A stretch of 64,000 bases of DNA, taken from assembly GCF_003918875.1 (NCBI RefSeq), contig NW_025767013.1:3348001-3412000 (forward strand), given 5' to 3'. The notes under the pieces are model-generated. The model saw only the letters and a list, made by a program, of their open reading frames with translations. It ran no database searches and was not told the origin of the DNA. Position 1 is the first letter of the stretch. Each line of letters starts with the position of its first letter. The position numbers were made by a program, and so were the translations under genes. This document shows positions 26,001 through 38,000 of this stretch, piece after piece. Source of the stretch: Haliotis rubra (taxonomy: Eukaryota).

Positions 26001-29000
26001 CAATGCATGTCCTGGTGTGTCAAGGCATGTTCTGTGTGTTAGCTATCTCGAGGTGTGTCTGCAATGTGTAGGTATGTGTTGGTGTCTAGTCATGACTAAG
26101 AGTGTCTAGCCATGTCCAGGTGTGTCAATGCATGTCCAGGTGTGTCAATGCATGTCCAGGTGTGTCAAGGCATGTTCTGGTGTGTTAGCTATCTCGAGGT
26201 GTGTCTGCAATGTGTAGGTATGTGTTGGTGTCTAGTCATGACTAAGAGTGTCTAGCCATGTCCAGGTGTGTCTAAGCATGTCCATGTGTATCAAGGCGTC
26301 CAGGTGTGTCAAGGCATAACCTGGTGTGTCTAGTCATGCCCAGGTTTGTCTAGCCATATCCAGGTTTGTCTAGCCATGTCCAGGTTTGTCTAGCCATGTC
26401 CAGGTGTGTCTAGGAGTGTCTAGCCATGTCCGAGTGTGTCAGGCCATGTCCAGGTGTGTCAATGCATGTCCAGGTGTGTCAAGGCATGTTCTGGTGTGTT
26501 AGCTATCTCGAGGTGTGTCTGCAATGTGTAGGTATGTGTTGGTGTCTAGTCATGACTAAGAGTGTCTAGCCATGTCCAGGTGTGTCTAAGCATGTCCATG
26601 TGTATCAAGGCATCCAGGTGTGTCAAGGCATGTTCTGGTGTGTCTAGTCATGCCCAGGTTTGTCTAGCCATATCCAGGTTTGTCTAGCCAGGTCCAGGTT
26701 TGTCTAGCCAGGTCCAGGTTTGTCTAGCCATGTCCAGGTGTTTCTAGCCACGAACAGGTGTTTCAAGGCATGTCCTGGTGTGTCTTGCCATGTCCTGGTT
26801 TGTATAGCCGTGTCCAGATGTTTCTAGCCATGAACAGGTTTGTCTAGCCATATTCAGGTCGTCTAGCAATGTCCAGGTGTTTTAGCCATGTCCAGGTTTG
26901 TCTAGCCATGTCCAGGTTTGTCTAGCCATGTCCAGGTGTTTCTAGCCATCGCCAGGTTCGTCTAGCCATGTCCAGGTGTTTCTAGCCATCTCCAGGTTTG
27001 TCTAGCCATGTACAGGTCGTCTAGCCATGTCCAGGTGTTTCTAGCCATCTCCAGGTTTGTCTAGCCATGTCCAGGTGTGTCTAGCCATGTCCAGGTTTGT
27101 CTAGCCATGTCCAGGTGTGTCTAGCCATGTCCAGGTTGTCTAGCCATGTCCAGGTGTTTCTAGCCATCTCCAGGTTTGTCTAGCCATGTCAGGGTGTGTC
27201 TTGCCATGTCCTGGTTTGTCTAGCCATGTCCAGGTGTGTCTTGCCATGTCCAGGTGTTTCTAGCCACGAACAGGTGTTTCTAGCCATGTCAGGGTGTGTC
27301 TTGCCATGTCCTGGTTTGTCTAGCCATGTCCAGGTGTGTCTTGCCATGTCCAGGTGTTTCTAGCCATGAACAGATGTTTCAAGGCATGTCCTGGTGTGTC
27401 AAGGCATGTCCAGGTATATCAAAGTGTATCAAGGCATGTCACCTATGGTGTGTCTAATCATGTCGAGATGTGTCAACGCCCTGGCATGGAGACATGGTAG
27501 CTTCTCAATACCATGCTTCTAAACTGTACATCTGCCTGCAAGATATGCATCCTTCAAATAATCAATTACCGAAAGGAATCAAACACCATCATACCCTGAA
27601 AGAAACTTACACTGAAACATCTTCATACACTGACACAAACCATGATATACAAGTCAAAAAGCAACATCTTAGAGATACAACATATACAATGTACCTCTGT
27701 GACCATCATCAATAGACAAGGGTTCCAGATATTCTATTGCTATGACCAATTTAACTTTTATGATGAAGTTACAATAAAATATTAAACTAATCACAATAAG
27801 CATTGAACTGCAAGGTATGTTTTCCCTGAAAATTTATGATGATAACAAAACTTTGTATGTATTATAAAATATATGGCAGTGTAAGGCTGTCCTGCATCTG
27901 TCATTAGCCTATATCAAAATAGGGATGTTATGATTATCTAAGAGAATAGATCATACATGGCAAGCACCTGTGTTACTGGAGTCAGCCTGATTCCCTATCT
28001 ATAATATCAAAGAATGTAACAACAGCAGGGTGAGGATATTACAGATGCAATAAGCCAATGCTGATAATACAAAGGAAGAAGACTCTTAAAATAGATATAT
28101 ATTAAATACACAAAGCAGAAAATGTAATTTTTAGAGTAAAATTGATATTTTATACTTATCCTGACTCATGCTCTTTTTGCTTGTCTTCTTCTTCTTGCGA
28201 ACATAGTGGAACACTTGTATCTCCCTAATTGAAGCTCCCTTCAATTTAAAATCACTAATTAGTATTCACCACGAGTTACCTCCTTTCCACAAGGGGGAGG
28301 CGAGGAGCAGAGCCACCCACCTCTACCCATGTGCCTCACTCTCTCCTCATATACTGAGCCCAACATTTGAATTTACAGGAAATCCAAAGTGTTATTTGGG
28401 GAGGATGGGAGGGCTGACCTCATGAGTCAGGATAAGTATAAAATATCAATTTTACTCTAAAAATTACATATTTTTCCTTATCCTGACTCATGCTCTTGCT
28501 TGTAGCATCCTACGGAACGGAGGTGGGAATATCTAATACTTTGGATTTTTAATAATTAGTGATTTGAACTGTGATGATTGTAATAACCCTATGGGAACTT
28601 CATAAAGGCACTGAACTGATGAATTCCTGCTGCTAACTTATCAGCTGCCATATAAAGGTTATTACCATGTACTTATTATGATAAAGTATATATAACATTA
28701 ATACAATGCTTAAGACTAATAGACTTAAGCTTGTTAATATGCTAGTATAAACTCCTTAGAGTTTGTTAGCTAAAATACTTTAAGATATAACATAGTACTA
28801 AGCTTAAGATATGATTAAACTTAAGCTAATTATATAATAGCAAACTCTTTAGAGTTTGTTAGTTAATATACTTATATGATATAGATATAATGCTGAGCTT
28901 AAGATATGAATAAGCTTTAGCTACATATATAATAGCAAAAACTCTGTAGAGTTTGTTAGTTAATATATTTTTATAATATGAGTATAGTACTGTGCTTAAG

Positions 29001-32000
29001 CTATAATTAACTTAAGCTACATATATAATAGCCAAACTCTGTAGAGTTTGTTAGCTAATATATTTTTATAATATTAGTATAGTACTGAGCTTAAGATATA
29101 ATTAACTTAAGCTACATATATATAGCAAAACTCTGTAGGGTTTTGTTAGCTAATATATTTTTACAATATGAGTATAGTAGTGTGCTTAAGATATAATTAA
29201 CTTAAGCTACATATATAATAGCAAAACTCCGTAGAGTTTGTTAGCTAATATATTTTACAATATGAGTATAGTAGTGTGCTTAAGATATAATGAACTTAAG
29301 CTACATATATAATAGCAAAACTCCGTAGAGTTTGTTAGCTAATATATTTTACAATATGAGTATAGTATTGTGCTTAAGATATTATTAACTTAAGCTACAT
29401 ATATAATAGCCAAAAAACTCTGTAGAGTTTATTAGCTAATATGTTTATAGTGTAACCATAGTACTAAGCTTAAGATAAGATTAGACTTAAGCTAAATGTA
29501 TATAGCAAAATAAACTCCTTAGAGTTTATTAACTAATATACTTTTTATGTTAAAAACATAGTACTGAGCTTAAGTTATGATGAAACTTAAGCTATATATA
29601 TATAATAACAAAACTCCGTCGGGTTTTGTTAGCTAATACCTTTATAATGTAAACATACTGCTTAAGATATGATGAAAACTTAAGCTAATTGTATAATAGC
29701 GAAAACAACCCTTTAGAGTTTGTTAGCTATGATATAAACCTAGTATTGAGCTTATGAAGGAAAACTTAAGCTACATATATAATAGCAAGAACTCCGTAGA
29801 GTTTGTTAGCTAATACATGTTATAATGTAACCATAAAGCTTAAAATATGATAAAACTTAAGCGAAATATATAATAGCAAAACCCTCTTTTAGAGTTTTGA
29901 TAGCTAATATACCTATATGATATAAACATAGTACTGCGCTTAAGATATGAATAAGCTTAAGTTACATATATAATAGCTAAAACTCTGTAGAGTTTGTTAG
30001 CTAATACATGTTATAATATAACCATATTGCTTAGAAATATGATGATACTTAAGCCAAATAGCAAAAAACTCTTTAGAGTTTGTTAGCTAATCTACTTATA
30101 TGATATAAACATAGTACTAAGCTTAAGATATGAATAAGCTTAAGCTACCTATATAATAGCAAAACTCCTTAGAGTTTGTTAGCCAATATATTTTAATAAT
30201 ATGAGTATAGTACTATGCTTAAGGTATAATTAGCTTAAGTTACCTATATAATAGTAAAACTCCGTAGAGTTTGTTAGCTTAATTAACTTAAGCTATGTAT
30301 AAAATAGCCAAAAACTCTGTAGAGTTTGTTAGCTAATGCATTTATCATGTAACCATAGTATTACTCTTAAGATATGAATAACTTAAGGTAAATATATATA
30401 ATAACAAACTCTGTAGAGTTGTTAACTTATATATTGTATGATGTAATAATCATAGTACTGTGATGATAAAAGGAACTTAAGTAAATTATATATAGCATGA
30501 AGCTATTTAGTATTGTTATAAGATAAGTAAAAATCTGTTAGATTGACTTATCTTCTCCGAGAACTGTCAGCTGTTGTGCGAGGACCATGGGATCGAATTG
30601 GTGTATACCTGAGACGTCCTCGGTGGTGATATCTCTCAGATAATGGTTTGCAACCACCATATCGGATTTCCAGAAATAAACCCTCCATTATTTCAATCAT
30701 ATTTGTGTACAACAATTGTAGAAGTTAGAGCTATAATATCATGAGTATTAAGCTCATGGAGGGTCGGAATAGGTCCATCCGCATATGCACGTAGTATGAC
30801 AGTTCTGATCCAAATGGAGATATAATACATGAGACTTCACTCTGCGTAAGTTGATGATAGAGAAAATAATCTGTTGCATTTTTTCCTCCTGTTTGGTTTG
30901 GTGGAGATAAATTTACAGTGCTCTTGCTGGCCATCTTGATAGAATCATCGTATCATGGGGTCCAAGTATGTCATCCAGGCGTGTTCATAAACCTCACTTG
31001 TGAGGTGTTGGAGCACTATATTCATATCCCCAGGTTGGGCGTGAAATTTCCGTTTTATTCTCCAAACAGAAGTTTAGTAGGTTTACTAACCATCTAGTTG
31101 TGTTAGTCGCTTGATGAAATTCAGCTGTAGTCTGAAACGCTGTGGATTTAGATCCACTTGTATCTTTCGTCTAGGTAATTCGCTGCGAAGTCCTTGATGA
31201 TGTAGGTGCACAACCAGGTGTGTCTGTCCTCGTTGAACTTTATGTAAAATCGCCTGACTGCCGATCCCTCGTCTTAACTTGACAGGGGAGGTCTCTAATG
31301 AAGAAAGGCAGTCTAATCATGAATGTTCAGGTTAACTGGACTGTAATGAGGCTTGCTCGTTCACTGATATATAGTTGTCACTTGTGACGTAAGTCTTGAA
31401 CTGTGAATAGAGATCGACCTCTGTGTAGGTCGTTGTCCCTCGCGGTCCAATCAGAACAAGGCATTTTGATTCTGTATAATACCCGCGCTGTGATGTCACC
31501 GGTGTAGCGGGAAAAAACCCACCTTGAATAAATTCTTGTCGTCGTTGATATTAGCATAAACGTCGGTCTTCACCGTAGCTTCCCGAAGTTATCCGAGTGA
31601 CCACGTGTTTCGAGGGTTAATGGTAACCGCGCGAAACCTCCGGCGCGAAAAATCTCGCTCTGTAATTTTATGCTGGGTAGGTTATTTTCCTGGTTGTCGT
31701 GAAAGTAATTTCAGTTTTGAATATAATTCCGACTTCCTTATATATAAGGGTATAAACAACTTGCAAGTTGTGAGCTTGTAGACTGTATACATGAATGTAT
31801 CGTCATAATTGTAGAATTAACGTTGAACTTGTACATATTTCTTCTCAGAAACTTTGACGATTAAGAGTTATACTCGCTGTAACAAGGCTGCTGTTCAATT
31901 TCGATATTGAATTGTCTGCAGATATGCGTAATGGTCACGCATGTAGATAATCGTATCGTCGTCCGGGATTGTATATTAGCAATTTATACGGAATAGTTGA

Positions 32001-35000
32001 TTTCTGTGAAGATCTATGAAATGTCGTTGACTAATAATACAGCGACGTTCTGTGTTGTAAATAGCCTGAGCAATTATCTTCGCGTAGGCTTATAGACGGC
32101 ATCTGGCATACAGTTGATAATCAACTTATGCGACGTCTTGAACGGACTGACGAGTAGCTATATATGACGAGTGGCTAGTATATGGAAACCTTGGAGGAGA
32201 CTTCCTCGGTGAACGCCGGAGACTTCGCGAAGTTCTCGAAGTATCCCTTCTAGATCTTCTGGGTGAAGTAGACTTGGAGCCACTTAGCCTTCGCGACCAT
32301 CGCGAAGGTGTCGAGTCAAAGCCCGATTAGTAGTATATATATATATATAAATATATATATGAGCGCTTGCTTCGTGAACAGCCTCTGTGTTTAACAGGAT
32401 GTGGGATCGGCGAAGCGCTTGCCTAAGTAGGGCCGCATGGATCATCTTATCATATTCAGAAGTCGTGTTACGAAGTCTGGTGATAAGTGTCTAATTGATC
32501 GTTCTAGATCTATTTAGGCCAGCGAACATACGTCTCGTCATGGATTCAACAGAACCAATATACGATTGTAGTTCTTATACTTGATATCGATGATCAACTT
32601 GTCTATGGGTTGATCTTCTCGGAGACTTGTGAGGGGAACGTTGATAGTTTCGCGAAGCTCTTGTATAGTCCCTCGATGTCCTTCTAGATGATGATGATCT
32701 GGATTCAGGTGTCCTTCGCGCATGCCTTCGCGAAGCTTCCTCTGCGTCCGGTCCGGGGGAACGACGATATGACCTTCGCGAAGGCTTCCGTGATGTCTGA
32801 TGGTCCGAGTCCACATCTAGGGATGAAACCGCATAAGGTGATGATCTATCCTGCCTTCGCGAAGTCCTTCGCGAAGGCTGTACATCTAGGTTCTTTCCGC
32901 CTTCGCGAAGGCTGTACATCTAGGTCCTTTCCGCCTTCGCGAAGGCCTTCGCGAAGGCTGTACATCTAGGTCCTTCGTCAAGGTGGTCCGTGACTTCCTT
33001 CGCGAAGGTGACATCGTCCTGGCTGCTACGTTGACGGGGGGTGCCTCTGGGGTGCTGTCTACGTTGGAGCCTTCGCGAAGGCTCGGACCCTGCTACCGCA
33101 GATATTGGTCCTCCATGATGTTCATAATTTGTCGCATCATGTCTTCTGGGATGGTCTGCGACGAGGTCGTCGGTGCTTTATCTGCGGTGTTAATGGAGGG
33201 GTCCACCGGAAAATCGTCCGACATCAGTGTAGAGGCATCAGGCTGCATGGTGATCTCTGCTGATGTCGTTGTAGCTGTCACCGGTCGTTTCTTGTGGCGT
33301 ACGTCGGGGATGATGATCAGCTGATCATCGTAGAGGTCCAGGTCATCGGCTGGAACAATCTCGGTTGAGAAAGTCCTAGTAGACTTCGTTGATTTTCCCT
33401 CAGAGGTCGACGCTGCCCTGGGTGTGCGACGTCTGCGTTGAGTGTTGGTAATGATGGGACCCTCAGGACGATCATCGCATATCTGCGTTGGTACATCAGG
33501 CTGCATGCTGATCTGTGCCGACATCGGTCAATCTTTGATGTACATCCGGTATGATGACCGGCTGATCATCATACAGGCCCAAAACTTCGATGGGAACGGT
33601 CTCGGTTGTTGAGATGTAGTAGAAAAACCCTCTAGTCTTCTGCTGCGACGATGGGATGTCTGGGGAAGCAGGATGCTTCTTGGAGATGGCGGACTACGTC
33701 CCACACCTCTCCACCACTCTAGCGGAACACCACACGGGAGGGGAGTCGGCCAACAGCAGTAGACTGGCGAGGGGTTCCGGTGTATCAGTCATACTAGACT
33801 CTGCATACGCGACCTATCTGCTGTGCGTGCCAAACGCAAAGTAAATATTAATAAAAAGGTAGAATTGGATAAATTAGTACCGCAACTGCAATGTGAATAT
33901 AATAAACATGGCGCCGTACATCATATTAAAGGCGGATCAGCAGCAGCATAAAAAACGTAATCTGCAATAGTACAGAATTTTCATCAACGTAATCCACTGA
34001 AACAAACACGGCGTCCCGTGACTAAACTGTAGAAAAACGACTAAATATCAATATATAATCGTTGAAGGATACTAGCTAAACCTCTATAGATGTCTATACG
34101 AGGTAACTAACTAAATATAATTCAAAGGATATAGTGTGTCGGGAGACACAGGCGCTCTCACGTCCAGCTCACTGGGCGAAGAAGGAGAGAGTGAGGCACA
34201 TGGGTAGAGGTGGCGCCCTCGTTCCCGCGCTTGTGGAAAGGAGGTAACTCGTGGTGAATACTAATTAGTGATTTTAAATTGAAGGGAGCTTCAATTAGGG
34301 AGATACAAGTGTTCCACTATGTTCGCAAGAAGAAGAAGACAAGCAAAAAGAGCATGAGTCAGGATAAGGAAAAATACATGGAAACGCCAATATAAACATA
34401 ATTAATATGAACTGCCACTTGGCATAGCCCACATGGTCGCTGAAAGAGAGTGAGTGCAGAGTGTCATTTATCGGAACTTTTCCCTTTTCTCTCTTAAATA
34501 ATCAAATTCTAATCAAATCAAATCATCATGCAGAGCTGACATGCGTGCACTGTAAATATGTTTTGAGCTAAAATCCAGAAAATCCACCTGTAACTAAATT
34601 AATATCGGTCGTTTCGATGGAAATGAAGAAAGAGCTAAATTTCAATAGTTACCATCAAAGTAAATGATGTAAGCTGACAATTTTTGTGATATTTTTACAG
34701 AAAGAGCTGTTTTGAAGTTTTACTTGCAGACTGTTAAGAATGAGGCTATATCCATAGATCGTGAAACATATGTACAAGGACATGGTCAGGGTCATCCCAA
34801 AATATGACATGCATTAGAGGTGGGTAATAATTAGTGCACAAAAATAGTGGATGGAACAAAGATCTGGTCCCTAAGTATCATTAGGATGGAAACATCAACG
34901 GAATGAGTGAATGTTGTTTTAAACCAGTAATACTCCAGTTACATCTACGGGCAAGACCGGGAAACAAGGATGATATCAAGATGATAAATGACACACAACA

Positions 35001-38000
35001 AGCCAACTTTATCACTGAAACTGCTTGTACAAACTCCAGGAGGGGGGACCTATTCCGCTCTGCAATCCCTTGAACATGAACAGCTTGTACAAACTCCAGG
35101 AGGGGGACCTATTCTGTTCTGTAATCCCTTGAACAAGACCAGCATGTACAAACTCCAGGAGGGGGACCTATTCCGCTCTGCAATCCCTTGAACATGAACA
35201 GCTTGTACAAACTCCAGGAGGGGGTTGAACAGCTTGTACAAACTATTCCATGTTAAACTCTTGTACAAACTCCAGGAGGGGAGGGACTTACTCCGCTCTG
35301 CAATCCCTTGAACATGAACAGCTTGTACAAACTCCAGGAGGGGGACCTATTCCGTTCTGTAATCCCTTGAACATGAACAGCTTGTACAAACTCCAGGAGG
35401 GGGACCTATTCCGCTCTGCAATCCCTTGAACATGAACAGCTTGTACAAACTCCAGGAGGGGAACCTATTCTAATCCCTCGAACCTAAACAGCCCTTGATG
35501 CTGTTTTCAGTCAACAGACAGAGTCAAAATGTGAGAGACAGAAGCATTTCATTGTACATCTCCAGACAACCTTGCAGCAGGGAATATCTGAGATGTTAAA
35601 CTGGCACTAGGCTGTATATACACAGAATATCAATTTAAGTAAGTATCTGGCTTTTTTGCTCATTGATACAGTGAGTGAGTTGGGTTTTATGTCGCTTTTA
35701 ACAATACTCCAGCAATATCATGGTGGGGACACAAGAAATGGGCTTCATGCATTGTACCCATGTAGGGAATTGAACCAAGGCCTTCAGCATGATGAGCAAG
35801 CGCTTTACCTACCAAGCTACCTGAATGCCCCCACTGATACAGGTGAAGGTGACAATGAAAGTATCTCCTGGACAACAGGTCTTATTGTTTTATATTCTTT
35901 TAAATATGAATATTACTTAGCATATATATAAACTACCAAATACAAGGAGAATACAGGGCTTTAGCTGGGATTTTCCAATTGACTTCAGAAAATCCTTACT
36001 CTATTCAAAATTCAACAGGTCATTAACATGGGTGACAACTGAAAGCATATTTTAAGACACTACTGAGGTATAACTGCATAGATGTACTAACTGCAATGGT
36101 GTAGATTTCCATGTACTATTCTACATGACAGCATTACATATCTTGATGGCCACGCCCATCACATCTCTGTGATCTCCTACATCCTGGGCTGATTCTATTT
36201 ATTACCTACTGATATACATTTATAATATTATCAGAATAGAGACCCATATTCTCTATTATGTCTATGAATGCTAATATTTATGAATATTATCTGAAAAGAG
36301 GCCCATGTGCACTTGAAGTACAGTTTATTTTTCATTCTACAATGTCTACTGGTATGTTCAGTTGTGTACTGCAGTGCTGATGTAAACTGTTGGTAAATTA
36401 AGTTGTTATGTCTCAGCTTTCTGCCATAAGGCCACTGACAAATGCAAATACACCACAAGAATTTTTGGTCACATTCAATACAACAATGAGAAACTAAAAT
36501 ACGTAGCATTTTTCTCTGAAAATATAACATTCTAAAGCAAAGAGATTGCTCTGTTTAATAACCTGAATTGGACATTTCTTTCCAAATAGGAACATTTGAG
36601 CAACATTTGCTGTAGATATTCAGATAAATCCCTGCTTTACAGTGATTTCATTCAATAACAAACCCTCTGCAATTTTTGCCTGCCACGTGCCAAAGGACAA
36701 GTAGCAAGTCAACAACCCCTGTAATACATGATGAAAGATAGAAAAAGAACAAACATACAAAGCTTAGAGCAATGGGTATACAAAGATGACAACTGATGCT
36801 ATTGAACACTCACATTCATATAATAGACACATATAAATTTTCTTTTGTGTTTCATGAACTAAAGACAATTGAAATCTCCTTAAATAATTGACCCGTGAAG
36901 ATCCGGGGTAGAATAGGTCTTCAGCAACCCATGCTTGCCACAAAAGGCGACTATGCTTGTCGTAAGAGGCGACTAACGGGATCGGATGGTCAGGCTCGCT
37001 GACTTGGTTGACACATGTCATCAGTTCCCAATTGTGCAGATCGATGCTCATGCTGTTGATCACTGGATTGTCTGGTCCAGACTCGATTATTTACAGACCG
37101 CCGCCATATAGCTGGAATATTGCTGAGTGTGGCGTAAAACTCAACTCACTCACTCACCTTAAATAATTAAGTTCCATGTGTGAGAGAATTGTTTATGGTT
37201 AGTACAAACTGTGTAAAGGAGTAAAGATAAATCAATCCACTAGCAGTGCAATACAAAGCAAAGAGTTTGTGATACAATTCTTGTATTTCTTTACAGTCGT
37301 TATCAAGGCATGAGATTACAATGAAGTGCGCATCTCAGCATACTTGCAAAATCAGTGAAGGGAAATTCAAATTCATCTGGACTTGAGTCATCAGAACCTA
37401 GTTGGGCTGGTTACATCACAAAGGAAAGTATTTCATGTATATATGTGTGTAAACATAGTTGGTTTGGTCAGTAAGACTAAAATAGGCACCTAGAAATGAC
37501 ATAAAAAATAAAGCTGAAATAAAAATCCTGAAGCAAATGAAGCACAAAAATTTAAAATAAAACAAAATTGCTAGAACTATGACTTGTTTGTTATTACCCG
37601 GCAGAAAACAAGGGTAGTCTTCAGTACGACACACTTCAACACAATCAAATTACATCAAATTACAAAAACAGAAGTAATCAAAGAAATCAAACAACATTTA
37701 TTTCATCATGACAATTGTATATCTTGTATTCAGGAGTTTGAAGAGCCACAGATCCCTACAAAGGGTCCAAGTTTAGTCTAAAGGCCAGTTAATCTTCTTT
37801 TAACCCTATATTGCTTCATCTTTAACAAAATCTTTTAAACACATTGATCAAAAGGAGATTTCAATTGAGAAAAAGGACAACTGTCATGACTGGTATAGCT
37901 ACCAGATAAGAAATTGTTTTAACACAACACAGAGGCATAACAACAAAACAACTATATATATATACAATTTTTGGTAGAATTTTCACTTTCCTGATATCAA

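Larger units (their letters stand above)
28122..34376 (-). mobile_element. DIRS1-type tyrosine-recombinase retrotransposon, non-autonomous derivative, in TPGS2 intron 5
   Basis: 139-bp ITRs (28155-28293 and 34230-34368) are identical by eye. One ITR has a terminal extension (28122-28154). The internal complementary region 28421-28497 reproduces the joined ends. No TSD, but AAAAT is shared at both junctions. YR remnants and Ser/Arg-rich gag-like ORF pieces lie inside. Confidence 0.92.

Noticed and set aside
28709-30500. CRISPR array
   Set aside because: The segments between hairpins are homologous to each other rather than unique spacers; eukaryotic context with no cas genes.
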